From Alloascoidea hylecoeti (lineage: Eukaryota), in NCBI GenBank assembly GCA_001600815.1, contig BCKZ01000006.1:745048-809047 (forward strand): 64,000 nucleotides of DNA. The letters are read 5' to 3'. The notes beneath the pieces were generated by a model that was not told where the DNA came from, ran no database searches, and saw only the letters and a list, made by a program, of their open reading frames with translations. Of this stretch, positions 22,855-35,302 are shown in pieces. Within the stretch, counting starts at the first letter, position 1. Every line of letters starts with the position of its first letter. The position numbers and the translations under genes were made by a program.

Positions 22855-23841
22855 TTATTCCGTTACTTTAAAGAAGTCATGCTCCATAGCTTCTCTAGCA
22901 GTCAATCTTTCAGCATGATCATATCTTAATAACTTATCAATGAAGTCTATTGCTACAGGAGTTGCAAGTGATTTATTCTCTTCATCAACAAATCTCTTCC
23001 AAGGTCGACGAGGATAAGTACCTAAAACATTATCATATTCCGAACTTAATTTAACTTTATATTTTTCAATATATCGAAATAAATCGTCAGTACCCAATAC
23101 TTTTGCAATTTTAACAAGCTGGTCAACATTTGACGAACCTCTAAAAAAAGGTTCTCTTTTCATTATTATCGCAACCACCATCGCTCCAAAAGACCACATA
23201 TCCAAAGAATAATCATATTGTTGAAAATTAACTAGTAACTCTGGTGCTTTATGATATCTAGAAGCAACCCGAACATTATAATCAACTCCGACGTGATAAA
23301 ACTCAGCTAAACCCCAATCGATCAATCGTAATTTTCGAGCATATGGATCAATCATTATATTTTGAGGTTTTACATCTCTGTGCATAATACCCATTGAATG
23401 ACAAAAGTCCAGCGCTAGCAACAACTGTTTCATATAATATTGAATATCTTTCATTCTAAATTTTGGATATAAAATTCTGAAGTCAACATTTTTTACTTGC
23501 TCGAATAAAAGTGCAGGCATTTTTGATTGTTGATCTCTAACAACATCTAATAAAGCGATAATATTTACACCACCACTTAGATTTTGTAAGATTTTAACTT
23601 CTCTTAATATCTTTTTATTTTTAACAGGCTTCAAAATCTTTATGACACATGGTTCTTGAAGTACTAAATTTATACCATCAAATACTTCACTGTATTTACC
23701 ACGACCAATCTTGCTTGTTATTTCATAATTTAAGATAGACCCCCATTCGATGATACAGTTCTCATAATCCCAATATGAAGTAGGACGTTTGGCATTTGCA
23801 TCTGCGTAGACTCGAGCTGTTGACAGGAGAGGTTTAGACAT
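22855..23841 (-). CDS. CKA2: Casein kinase II catalytic subunit (alpha')
   Basis: ATG at 23841; [47 protein letters not shown] (CKA2-type). Confidence 0.93.
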   Translation of the reverse strand: MSKPLLSTARVYADANAKRPTSYWDYENCIIEWGSILNYEITSKIGRGKYSEVFDGINLVLQEPCVIKILKPVKNKKILREVKILQNLSGGVNIIALLDVVRDQQSKMPALLFEQVKNVDFRILYPKFRMKDIQYYMKQLLLALDFCHSMGIMHRDVKPQNIMIDPYARKLRLIDWGLAEFYHVGVDYNVRVASRYHKAPELLVNFQQYDYSLDMWSFGAMVVAIIMKREPFFRGSSNVDQLVKIAKVLGTDDLFRYIEKYKVKLSSEYDNVLGTYPRRPWKRFVDEENKSLATPVAIDFIDKLLRYDHAERLTAREAMEHDFFKVTE

Positions 23842-24030
23842 TTTTATATTTGAGCCTCCTGGAGTCGGACTGAACACAAAGAGAGATCAAATTATTTTTT
23901 ATTTTTGGTGGTGAGGAGAAAAACAGCAAATTATGGATGACCAATAATGTAGTCATCACAATCGTTAAAATTGAAAACTAACAAAAATACAACTGGAAAT
24001 TATAAATTTTATAATGAGAACAGAAAGAGA

Positions 24031-24720
24031 ATGATATCTTCTTGTACACTTATTTTTTCTTCTTCTCTACAAGCTCATTTCAAAATTCAAACCTTAGAAG
24101 ATATTGAGCTCTGGTCAAACACACGCAACAAAAGCACCAAATATACCAATCAAGAATCAAAACATGTGGAACTAAAAACTTTATCATTAGTTTCGACAGT
24201 CCGTATTCCATTCTGGACAATAAGTGGAAATCCCCTACGTGTTTACTCGTCTAATAAAGATACTTGCCTATTTTTCAACAAAATGAGCACACTTGGATAT
24301 CATGATAATGGAGTTAGTAAGAGTGGTTTATTAACCGAAAAATACTTATTTTATGTTGAGAACAAGAAAAAGGAAAATCTTAATAAATTTGGTGTTTACT
24401 GTGTGGAAATTAACACTCAGATACAAGTCACAGGAGAAGTTAAATCATCTATTCCAAAATTAATGGATGATAATATTAATACTAATAAAAGGCTTGAAGT
24501 TGAAGAATATCCTGTATCTGGAAAAGGTACTGAAACTATGTTACAACACGTTGTTCTAGCAGGATTGAGGATACACGGAATAACACGAAAACACCCTGAA
24601 TATAAATCAATTTATCATAATACTTATAAATCATCAGTATTTGCCCTTCGAAAGAAAACCAATCCGAAAGTCGACGAAATACAGGATGTTGTTGATAAAC
24701 TGTTAAATGTGTTTATGTAA
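24031..24720 (+). CDS. Sld7-like protein (Sld7 C-terminal domain)
   Basis: C-terminal LAGLRIHGI..EYKSIYHNTYKSSVFALRK..IQDVVDKLLNVF pattern recalled from the Sld7_C family. First ATG at 24031. Confidence 0.6.
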   Translation: MISSCTLIFSSSLQAHFKIQTLEDIELWSNTRNKSTKYTNQESKHVELKTLSLVSTVRIPFWTISGNPLRVYSSNKDTCLFFNKMSTLGYHDNGVSKSGLLTEKYLFYVENKKKENLNKFGVYCVEINTQIQVTGEVKSSIPKLMDDNINTNKRLEVEEYPVSGKGTETMLQHVVLAGLRIHGITRKHPEYKSIYHNTYKSSVFALRKKTNPKVDEIQDVVDKLLNVFM

Positions 24721-25272
24721 TCAATATAAATATAACCCTCGATAATAAACACCAGAATCTCTCTAAAGCATTTACAAAATATGGAATTTTTAATTGGAAT
24801 GTTAAATTCCTTGAGTTTAGCTGAACTAAAAGCAACGCATACTGAGTTCGGAAATCAGGAATGCAAATGCATTGGGTCCAAAATGAGATAAAAGAACAAA
24901 TGTCTCTTAAAAGAAAACAGAAATAACACCAGCCAAGTTAAAGAATCGAATTTCTATTAATTATGAAATTAGTTTCCAGCTAGCAGAATTATGTAATCTA
25001 CTTATTGTATCCAATCAAATATAATCGATCAGCATTTGATCAATACCCTTTAAAATTTAGCATACGAAAAATGTTTTGGTCACACCAAACCATGAGGGAT
25101 TATTCATCGGGAAAGGATTATAATTAAATCAGAACATCAATTGGTAAAATAATTGTATTCAGTTCAGAGCAAGGAACACAAAACGTTATGGAAAATAAGA
25201 GGTCGACGTCTCAAAACTTGAGTGACTATGCTTAATTATAGGAAAGGCGATCAATACCAAGATAAGCACATA

Positions 25273-25312
25273 CGCCGAATATTCAGTCCATTATTTGGCC
25301 GAAATTAAGTGG
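25273..25312. repeat. Solo TIR/subterminal motifs of the 62418-62948 family
   Basis: CGCCGAATATTCAGT followed by GGCCGAAATTAAGTGG (25297-25312). Confidence 0.55.
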
Positions 25313-26390
25313 TAGGACCGAGATGTAATTGTGCAATTATGCAAAAGATTTGCACATGCATCTCGTAATACTCGTATCGTATTAAGTATCAACTAGCAAA
25401 GCTTTTTTTACACTTAAATAGTTAATATAGTAATTGCTAACTAAGCATTTATGATAGCCCGATAAAATCTAGGCCTAGGGATGAATACTTCTAAAAAAGA
25501 TAGGACTTCTATTTTTAATAACTAAATATATGATATGTAATAATTTACTATATTAACTAACTAAATTAATGACCAGGCATAAGTGACATATCTATTTTCT
25601 AGTAGAATATCTAAACTGTACAATAACGCAACGACAAAGTAAGCGTAAGGTTAAGATTATCGTTACTATGACTCCCATGAACTGCGCTTTGAGGCTAGAG
25701 ATGGATGGTGAGATCTTCATTTTTCAATCGAAGACTTATTGTCCTATTTTTAGAAGTATTTAGCCTATATTTTATCTGTTTATTATAAATTCTTAGTTTA
25801 GAAGAATTCTTATATCAACACAAGCATTCGCAATATTTAATAATGTAATTAAATTCATACTAAATAGTAAATACTTGACAAAAGGCGATCAATCCCCTAT
25901 AACTAAAATATAAAATATATCTATATCTCTATCTATTGGCCGACCAGATCTGTTGTTAATTTCACGGAGTGAAATAGTAATGTTTGTTTACTGATGTAGA
26001 AATGTAGTTGTACCTAGTCGATCATGATTATCAATCATCCTGTATCACCATGTTGAGGTGAAATGAATGTTACCATTTTATATCGACATAACGGCGTATA
26101 CACATCAATAAAATCCTTTCCAAGTTCTTGGTTTGAACCTTTGGCAACAATTTGCGGTTTGAATCGTTCTGCTTCACCTTCCGTTTTCACCACATGTGCC
26201 CATTTAGATGGAGTGATTGGTCAAGTATCACTGGCTGTATCTAATTTTGTATGCAATATTGATTTATACTTTATTCGGAACTTTTATCTGTATCCGACAT
26301 TCAACCGCATAGCTTTTATTTTCATTTTTCTTTCGATTCCAATTCTCTTCTAAATAAATATTGAGCTTTATAATAGCTACTAGTCATAAA

Positions 26391-28454
26391 ATGGCTTTTA
26401 AGATTATTGGGTTCTCTCGCTACCTTAGCTTACAAAGGGCGAGCACTCGTTGCCTGTTATTATCTACTCTTATCGTATCACTTTGGCTATTACATAGGGT
26501 TTCTTCCGAAAAACTTGTGCCAACTGTTGTCTTCTCTCAACAATTTTCGAACAAGTTAAAAGTTTCGCCATCAGTTCAAGCTTCACCATCAGTTCAAAAA
26601 GTTTCGCCGTCAGATCATACGAATCGACTAAAAGTTCCATCATCAGATCTTATAGATACTGAAACTACAAACATTACCAAATCAGAAAACTGTACCTTAT
26701 ATTTCTCAAATCTTTATAAAACTTCACCAAATTGGAAAACATATTATTTTGGGTCAAATGAGTTTGAAGACAATGCAGATTTCTATTCAGATGATAAATA
26801 CGCTGAATTAAAAAAGAACTTTTATACTAATGTTGATTTCAAACAACGTTTGTTAAATGAATATGATAATTACGGTCAATTAAACGATCAAGAACTTTCT
26901 TTATTAGTTGAAAATAAAATAACTGAGTTTGTTTCTCATTTAAAGATCTTTAGTTCATGTTTTATTGATCCAGATTTTTCTTTGAAATTGGATGATCAAA
27001 ATGAACACAAATTAACATTGATCTCCGATTCTGACGAATATAAAAAATCAATAATTAAATCCAACCTTAATTTGAAAGATATAGAGAAAAGACTTTTACC
27101 ATGGTTTTCTGGGATTTTACCACAATTCAGAAGTTGGGATGGAGAAATTGTTGATGGAAATGTAAATTTAAATAAAGTTGAAAAGAATGAAAGAGAATTT
27201 TACCCAATTCTTGATTCTTTTAGAAAAACTTTCAGTGGGAAAGGAATTGTATTATCTGTCGCTGATAAATACACAGATGAAATTATAAAGTTTATTGGAA
27301 TGCTAAGAATATTAGATAATGAACTTCCAATTCAATTATTTCATCGTAAGGAATTATCTGCAGAAAATCAAAAGAAGATTATAGAAAGTGCAAGAAGTCC
27401 ATTTAATTATGAACTCTTTCTTGAATATAATAAACATATTGATATAAAAGATATAAAAAGTAAAAAATTCCCAGCACAAAATGTTTGGTTCGTTGATTTA
27501 ACAAATTCAATTTCAAAGGATTATAATACTTTCTTTTCAGGTTATGCAAATAAAATTTTACCAATGATATTTTCAAATCTTGCTGATACAATATTAATGG
27601 ATATAGATACCATATTGATGGTTCCTCCTAAATTTTTCTTTAATTTACCAACTTATAAATCGACTGGTTCTGTTTTTTATAAAGATCGTGAAATTGATGT
27701 CAAAGCATCAGAAGCTTCAATGACATTTTTAAAATCTTTATTACCATCTTCGGATGATTTTAATAATTTCAATATTCCTTATGCATCAAATAATACATTT
27801 AACGAACGTTTTTTTAAAGATAATCAAAGACATTTACAAGAAGCTGGAGTTGTTGTTATGAAAAGATCGGACGTTCATTACAGAGGTCTTATAATGGGGG
27901 CACAATTAATTTTATGGCCTTCATTAAGGGCCAGAATGTGGGGTGAAAAAGAACTTTACTGGTTAGGTCAATCAGTTATGGGTCAAGATAAACTTTATCA
28001 TTTTAATAGATTACCTGCCGGTGTCATAGGTGCCGAAGCAGAGATATCAGAAGATAGTATTAGAATGTGTACCATACATCCAGCTCATGTATCTGATACA
28101 GATAATTCAACATTATTATGGTTTAATTCCGGTTGGAAAGTGTGTGAAACTTCTAAAGGTGGTGGTGTCAATATCGAGAATGAACTACAAAATACTGGTT
28201 TCCGAGATAAATTTGCAAATGGAAGTGATCTAGAAATATTTTATAATTCAAAAATTAATGTTTCTTCTGTTTATATTCCACCTGCCAATGCTTGGGCAAT
28301 GGGGGATTACTGTAATGGATTTGTTTGGTGCGCCTCTGGTCCTAAAGATATAAAACGCGGTGGTGGTTTATATCTTGAATATAATTCAGATTTATTGAAT
28401 AAAGCTGATATATATGAAGCAGTTTGGAGAAGTGCGGAGAATATTACCAAATAA
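26391..28454 (+). CDS. GT71 alpha-1,3-mannosyltransferase (Mnn1/Mnt family)
   Basis: ATG at 26391; type II TM, GKGIVLS, N.LPIQLFH, WFVD, YANKIL, ILMDIDT (DxD), FYKDR, QEAGVVV, WGEKELYWLG, LWFNSG. Confidence 0.88.
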   Translation: MAFKIIGFSRYLSLQRASTRCLLLSTLIVSLWLLHRVSSEKLVPTVVFSQQFSNKLKVSPSVQASPSVQKVSPSDHTNRLKVPSSDLIDTETTNITKSENCTLYFSNLYKTSPNWKTYYFGSNEFEDNADFYSDDKYAELKKNFYTNVDFKQRLLNEYDNYGQLNDQELSLLVENKITEFVSHLKIFSSCFIDPDFSLKLDDQNEHKLTLISDSDEYKKSIIKSNLNLKDIEKRLLPWFSGILPQFRSWDGEIVDGNVNLNKVEKNEREFYPILDSFRKTFSGKGIVLSVADKYTDEIIKFIGMLRILDNELPIQLFHRKELSAENQKKIIESARSPFNYELFLEYNKHIDIKDIKSKKFPAQNVWFVDLTNSISKDYNTFFSGYANKILPMIFSNLADTILMDIDTILMVPPKFFFNLPTYKSTGSVFYKDREIDVKASEASMTFLKSLLPSSDDFNNFNIPYASNNTFNERFFKDNQRHLQEAGVVVMKRSDVHYRGLIMGAQLILWPSLRARMWGEKELYWLGQSVMGQDKLYHFNRLPAGVIGAEAEISEDSIRMCTIHPAHVSDTDNSTLLWFNSGWKVCETSKGGGVNIENELQNTGFRDKFANGSDLEIFYNSKINVSSVYIPPANAWAMGDYCNGFVWCASGPKDIKRGGGLYLEYNSDLLNKADIYEAVWRSAENITK

Positions 28455-28721
28455 TTGTCGAAAATATCGCTAATTTCAGGCCCCATGCCCTTAATTATAC
28501 TTGTTATTCCTTTTAATATAATTGCTTATGCATAATGATTTAGTAAGTCATTATTTAAATTTATAATAGTTATTCTACGTAATAGTACAGTTTGTGAATA
28601 TTGAATCTGCGATTCTATAATAGTCATCAACGGCCAAAATATTATGGTTATTTAGTCTAAAAGGTGCGATCATTAGTCCATAAAATGACCGAAAGCAAGT
28701 GTGGCACGACTATTATTACTA

Positions 28722-28929
28722 CATTTGTAGGCCACCGTGGAGGCCTAAAAAATAGGGTCAAAAAATTTGACGGAGAGGAACTAATCTGAAACTAGAAGAT
28801 TTACATTTGCCATTTATCCAGCTTTTGTTGCTTTTAATAATAAACTGATTTTGGTGTTGTGGCCACATTTTTCTCGAGGGGTGTAGAAATTTTTCTTGTC
28901 CTAACAGTTCATTCATTTTCAGTGGTGCG
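28722..28929 (+). repeat. ~200-bp diverged copy of the right part of the 32574-32928 element
   Basis: Collinear blocks AAATAGGG, TGAAAC..GAAGAT, CATTTATC, TGATTTTGGTGTTGTGG and CATTTTCAGTG are shared with 32709-32928. Confidence 0.7.
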
Positions 28930-29882
28930 TAGTAGCCGCGTACCAGAGGTTGACAACAAAGACATTTTAGACATAGGAAGTTTTAATTAATTATAATATC
29001 TTTTTTGGGGCAACTTGTGGTCAATTGCCCACTATTTTGAATGAATATACGTGGTCAGTGGTCCCACCACCCACTCACCGGGTGAAAATGCATATATATA
29101 GTTTATAATTAATTAATGGTTTTTACTTGTCACTATAACAGCATAACTGAGTCTCTGGCCTACTAATTGAATATTCTGAATTTCTGATGATCACGAAAAA
29201 TATTGACCATGTCAATCTCTTAAACGGTGTTGCATATTTCTGCATTTCATGTTTAATTATGAGCAGAAGTTGTTCCGAGACAACCGTGGCAAAAGGTTTT
29301 TCCGGCTCAAGAAGATGATGAAATGATATTTATTGCATTAAATAATTCCTAATTTCAATTGCAATATTAATTACGTCGATTACAAATTTACAATATTATA
29401 TACAGAGAACTTTTCGATTCAGTTGAATTATCACGATACCTTCTATAATATATAATTGAGATGCGCGTAAAGAATATAATTGAAATGTGATAAATTACTA
29501 ATAATATAAATTCTATTATACATGTTTATACACTTCTATATATATATATATGACTAATTGGCTATGTAGTATGTGATTCATAATTACTCCATAGAAAACG
29601 ATGATTGATAAACAAAAGTATAAAGTAACCAATTCCATAAAAAAAAAGGGGGGATAGGGTTATCAAAGAAATAAGATAGTGGGTAAAAAATTAACAAGAT
29701 ATAGAGATACAATTGCAGTAATAATGTTCAATGTTGTGATGGCTTAAAGTTTGTTTGCTTTTTCGTTTTTTATATAAGTTACATGCATGCGTAAGTAATA
29801 ATTATAATGCTTCATTATGATTGACATCAGCTTTTGAAAAGGAGTGCTTCGATTCTGTGGCAATAGTCGGTGAGGAATAACT

Positions 29883-31019
29883 TTACACGAGGGAGGGGGA
29901 TATATCTGGTGACAAGAATGAATCAGAAGACAGAGGTGAATTGACCCCTTGATGATGACTACTTCTGTGTTTGTGTTTATGTCTAGATCTTCTTTTACTT
30001 GAATGTTTTTTCCCCTTTTTATGATCACCACTATCGACATTTGTGGAATTATTATCATCTCTCATATATGACGGTATGTTATCATGTTGATACGTACATT
30101 CGTGGTTAAAATTTGAGCGGATCTGTTCAACTTTGATCTCTAAAAACGTATTGCTATCTTCTCCATATTCGTTACCTTCTTCATAGCCCATGAGATCCCC
30201 ACAGTCGAAATAAGTATGTTCCTCTTTTAACGTTGACGAAGGTATGACGACGATTGTTTGAATATTATCCGGTTCATATTCACAATCTTTAAATTTGATT
30301 TTACCATCATTAGTAGAAATTGTTTGATTGTATTCTTCAATAAATTCATCGCCTATCGCTATGCACCGATCTACTATTTCATTAAAACGTATTCTTTTTG
30401 AAATATTATTTGAGCAATTCGAATAATATGAACCAGCCGATGAGTTTGTAGTGAATGAACTAGATCTAGATAGGTAAGAAAGTTGCGATTCTGATTCATT
30501 CAAATTACAAAGGGAAGATGAAGAGCCTGAAAATATATTGTGTAATAGACTAGATTTCATAGCCATAGTTTCTGAGATAGACCTTTTTTTTAAAATCGGT
30601 TTTACTGGACTGGTTGGTGTGGAATTACTTCTTCGTAAAGGTTCATTAAAGGATTTTCGATGTTTTGGAAATTTTTCATCCAGGTCATCTTGTAGCATAT
30701 TATTAGAAGATTTATATAGAGGTCCATAAAGCCAAGTCGCATCTGATTCTTTTAACCAGTTGACAGATTCTGGAGTAACTGTTTTCAATGTATACTTAGA
30801 CTTCATCCAAGTTCTCCAACTTGCGTTTTCCAGTCTCTCCAAATTCGTTATAAAGCAATTCTTAGTGCTTGATATATTCTTCCAAGAAATTATTAATTCT
30901 GATTCTTTCCAGTTATATGACAGATAGTCGACATGCTCTTGTGGTTCTTCTATTATATCGCAGTCGTCATATGGGATAAATGAAGAAAGCATCTCTGGCT
31001 CCAAGATGTTAGCATCCAT
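29883..31019 (-). CDS. Reg1/Reg2-like PP1 (Glc7) regulatory subunit (DUF1752)
   Basis: HVDYLSYNWKE..SWK, RLENASWRTWMK, VNWLKESDATWLYGP, KPILKKRSISE, RVxF-like KRIRFNEIVDRCIAI. Confidence 0.85.
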   Translation of the reverse strand: MDANILEPEMLSSFIPYDDCDIIEEPQEHVDYLSYNWKESELIISWKNISSTKNCFITNLERLENASWRTWMKSKYTLKTVTPESVNWLKESDATWLYGPLYKSSNNMLQDDLDEKFPKHRKSFNEPLRRSNSTPTSPVKPILKKRSISETMAMKSSLLHNIFSGSSSSLCNLNESESQLSYLSRSSSFTTNSSAGSYYSNCSNNISKRIRFNEIVDRCIAIGDEFIEEYNQTISTNDGKIKFKDCEYEPDNIQTIVVIPSSTLKEEHTYFDCGDLMGYEEGNEYGEDSNTFLEIKVEQIRSNFNHECTYQHDNIPSYMRDDNNSTNVDSGDHKKGKKHSSKRRSRHKHKHRSSHHQGVNSPLSSDSFLSPDISPSLV

Positions 31020-32573
31020 ATTAGATTCTATATCTTATTATCCACTATATCGTGTATTGGGGTTGGGTTACAGCTTGCAATTACAAGTAGTTGTTATTTA
31101 TATTTCAATTATGTGTGTGAAAACTTTTGTTGTGATTTTTGCAGTATAAAATGAAGGCAGATCTAGACGGTATTTTTAAGTATTATAGCCTCTCTTGAAC
31201 AATGGTAACAATTTTACTTTTACATGTACTAAATTTTTTGGATCTTTTGATGGTATGTGTGGATCGTTGAAGAAAAAAGCAATTGAATGAGAGTAAGTAT
31301 TAATATTTGTAGAATATATTTCCTTCAACAAGGCGCTTTAATACAGAAGTAAAAATTTAACTTTGCGATCGGGAAGAGAAACATGTTGCATTGAGACACC
31401 TGTACAACGCACATGAGCATCTATCTATTTATTATCATATGCTTCTCGTAAACGTTTTGCCGTATAAGCCGAGACTTATTCCCTTAATATTTTCATTTAT
31501 TAATTAGCGCTGGTCTTTAATTAACGTTAGCAGAAACTTAAATTCGACGATAAATGGGCAACCCGAATATTCCAATATTAATTAACCGTTAATTATAAGC
31601 TTACATGAATCGAATAACAAATATATTCTTTGACAAATGCATCTAATTATAAGTAGTAAGTAGTTACACCAAGAATCCAAGCTTTATATTAGTAATTAGA
31701 ATGAGATGGTGTCTCATTACATTTCATATTGGTGCACGTGGAAACATATATGGTACCAAGGATCACGTTCTAGTTATAGCTAATATTAATTATAAACTGG
31801 TGAGGTTAATTTGATTTGAATTAGCAATCCAATCTTAGACAATTTACAAACCGCAGCAGTCTCTTCTTAATCACTCACTCAATATTATTATTAATACATA
31901 ATGCCTATAAATATATAACTGGATAGCAAGCATGATATATATTATATATGATACATGTATAGAATATATTCATCGATATCAATTAATATTCATGTTAGCC
32001 AATTGCAATAGTAAAATAAAAATTTCACTCACCACGAGCTAAACTTCTTTATAATAATATTATTATTTTCCCTGCTGAATTATAGAACAAATTTTTGGCC
32101 ATAATCTAGATTAGACTGCGACTACTCAAGTAATATTTCTAATTATGATATAAGATCTAGATGCTAATCAACGTTAACAAAATTCCTTATATCAAATCTC
32201 GATATATATCTCCAGCTAATATTAATGATAATAATGAATAATAAGATCTTAATCGACATCTGCAAGTTATGACTCAAGATCTAGATGTATTCAGCGAATC
32301 GTATCTGTGTTAATTATTAGATCAATTGCAAATTTGCAATACATTTTCTTACATAATATGCATACTTCTAATTGAACTTGTGATTGCAGTATACGCGTAG
32401 ATCTTATATGCGCTTTTTTACAAACAAAAATCTTATGTCTACGTATAAACTTTTTTTACATGTACAAATATATTAGTTGTAGCTCCCGAGAGTTAAGCCA
32501 TCTATCTACCAAATAATAATAGTATTTATTTAGAATAACGTTATATAAGTGTGACTTCTGTTGGAATATAGTG

Positions 32574-32928
32574 CGCGACCACTGAAAATGAACAACTTTT
32601 CTTTCTCACACGCGTTATTCGCCTCCACATAATATGCAATATCTATATAAGGTAAATTATATTTTTTTCATGCATATAGCTTACATGATTATATTCCACT
32701 AACTAACTATTTGTATGGCCGTGAAATTTGATGGCCTACTACATAAGAAATAGGGACAAACATTTGATAGAGAAAGGCAAAACTTAAATTGAAACGAGAA
32801 GATATATATTTGTCATTTATCTACCTTTTGTCATCTTTAATATATAAATGGTGTGATTTTGGTGTTGTGGTCATATCTTGTGCGAAGGGTTTTTGATTTT
32901 CCTAAAGTTAACCATTTTCAGTGATGCG
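32574..32928. mobile_element. MITE-like element with CACTGAAAATG terminal inverted repeats
   Basis: CACTGAAAATG at 32580-32590 and CATTTTCAGTG at 32913-32923; a partial second copy lies at 28722-28929. No clear TSD. Confidence 0.5.
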
Positions 32929-35302
32929 GACCATACACTAGCTAGCTAATATCGATATCCTCTGAATACTAATACCAATTGAAATCGGAATAATATATAG
33001 AACTATTGACGTTTTTTAATAGCCACTTGAAAGAAAGAAAGAAGGTAGGAGTAGTAGGGATATTATTGTTGTATTCTTTATATATTATCATAATACAACA
33101 TTTCGAATGATGTCATAACATACTAAAGTATTGGTATTTAGGTTGGAATCGGTCACGGGCTACTTGAATTAATGATACATCAGTCATATATTTAATATAT
33201 TAATGTTAACATGTTATTAGGGTAAGATATCGCTATAGTTATATCACACTGGTCAATTAATATGTTTAAAGAATAAGGAAGAGTATATAGAAAAGATTAG
33301 ATTATATAAAGGAGGAAATTATCCTCTCTAAAAAGATATAAGAAAAAATTGAGAATTATTATTGTAATTCAGTTAAGTATTAAAATTTGTGGTAGTTAAA
33401 GCAATTACAACAGTATATAAAATTTTGTGATAATGTATATGTAATATTTTTTTAAAGATATAAAGCTAAATGTATTGTTAAGAACATTTGATTATTGTCA
33501 AATTATCTAGAACTTAAACTAAAGGGAAATCTGAAGGGTATTTATATCCTTCGATGGGACATACAAATATTACCATAGACCATTCTAACTAGTAATTTCT
33601 ACTTCAACATTGCTTCCTAAGGTTCTAATAATCCAATATTATAATACTCAACTATAATACAGTATAACGGGTAATCTGATGGATGGAAGTGTCGGTGGAA
33701 ACTAGAGCAAAGCTATCAACAAGAGCGGTCAAATTATGATCAATCTATAAGGGTAGCCCCATTGAGCTTGACATGGTCATAGTCCCAAAAAAATAATAAT
33801 TTACAAAAACAACGACCAACAACGCAAAAAGAGATGAATTCACTACATATTGTGTATATATAAACTACTTATCCTAATATATTCTCCTGACTATTTTTCA
33901 CAGCTTCATCTGCTCGTAATTCAAAGATTGTGGGTTATTTCTTTTTTACACTGATTTTAATAGTGTTCATTTCAACCCTTAATTGCTCATCAGTAGCCAC
34001 TGGATTTTCATTGAGCAACTTGGCCTTGCCTCTTCTATCCTTTCTCAATTGTTTCACTTTATTTTTATAAAGCCCCGGGTGCTTAATTCTGGAAATTAAA
34101 CTGATTGTTTGTTGCAGCTCTAAAATTCTCCATTTAGCAAATGTCTCTGCATGTTTCTTATCTTCATCCTACACACACACATTATATCACACATCTAACT
34201 GATGGTACACTCTTTTGCCAATAAGAAAGTTATTTTGGAACATCGTTTTAATAGTCAAGACTTGCTCTTTGGTAGTGACGATCTTCTAGCTAATTTTGGA
34301 GATTTTAATGATCTAGAATTTTTGAAGGTCCTATGTAAACAGATATCTACCATTGCTCATTTGTTTGAAAACGAAGGTGATCCTGAACTCTCGGCTTTAT
34401 TTTTGCTGAATATTTCCACTACCGGACTTTTTGCTGCTCAAGACCTAAGCACAGGCACAGGTACACATTCAAAAAAAAGAAAGCCAACAGCGACGAGCAA
34501 TAGAGCATCCTCTATAATACATGGTATCAAAATTAATCAAATTTTTGAACAACTGTGATCTTAATTTTAGAGAATAGTTGGAATGTTTGCAAAACATGTT
34601 CGAAAGCAAGTACGAATGGTTTAAATTAACTTGATTCTCTTTAGTTAGCTTATTCATAACTTGACCCTAAGCAATTTATTTCATGAGGAGTAGTCCTGTA
34701 GATATCTTCTCCTCATATATCTCTAGTTCGCTCTTGTAAGGCTTGGTTATTTAGGATATTATTCTCCAATGCCATGTGCGACAACATCCACAGGATCATC
34801 CGGATCATAATGTATTTCAACAAGAATAAGATTATTTAATCCGAGCATTATAACTAAGTATAATTATTACACTAGCAATTTCAATGTACTTATAGTTATA
34901 AAACTAATATTTATTTCGTTCAATCAAGATTCCAATATTTTATAATCGTAAGAATAGTCTCACAATCCCTTTTCAAACACTTTAAATATTATCTTATGGC
35001 TCTACATTGAAATTTCTCCTTAGATGCATCACTCTTAATTGCTTAATTGTAGGCCTAGGGGGTCAAGTTATGATTCCATAAAGATTCTCTAGGTGACAAT
35101 CGGGCTAAAAGTTTTCCTAAGCTTTAAATATTTTGCGAATATCTCAATATGCTTAATAATGGAAATTAGACATAAGTTTTTATTTACTCTATATTTTTTT
35201 CATTATTTGGTATAAATAACAGCTATTATCCTTTATATTTTAATCTTCAATCTAATATATTACTCAACAAAATTTTCAGCATTCCCAAATATGTATGTGT
35301 AT

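Noticed and set aside
26063..26353. 96-aa ORF upstream of the GT71 gene
   Set aside because: No motif recognised; could be a uORF but nothing supports it.
2..28454. Cell-wall glycosylation cluster (PMT2, GT34 pseudogene, WSC, GT71)
   Set aside because: The genes are interspersed with unrelated housekeeping genes over 28 kb and belong to large families, so co-occurrence is plausible by chance.
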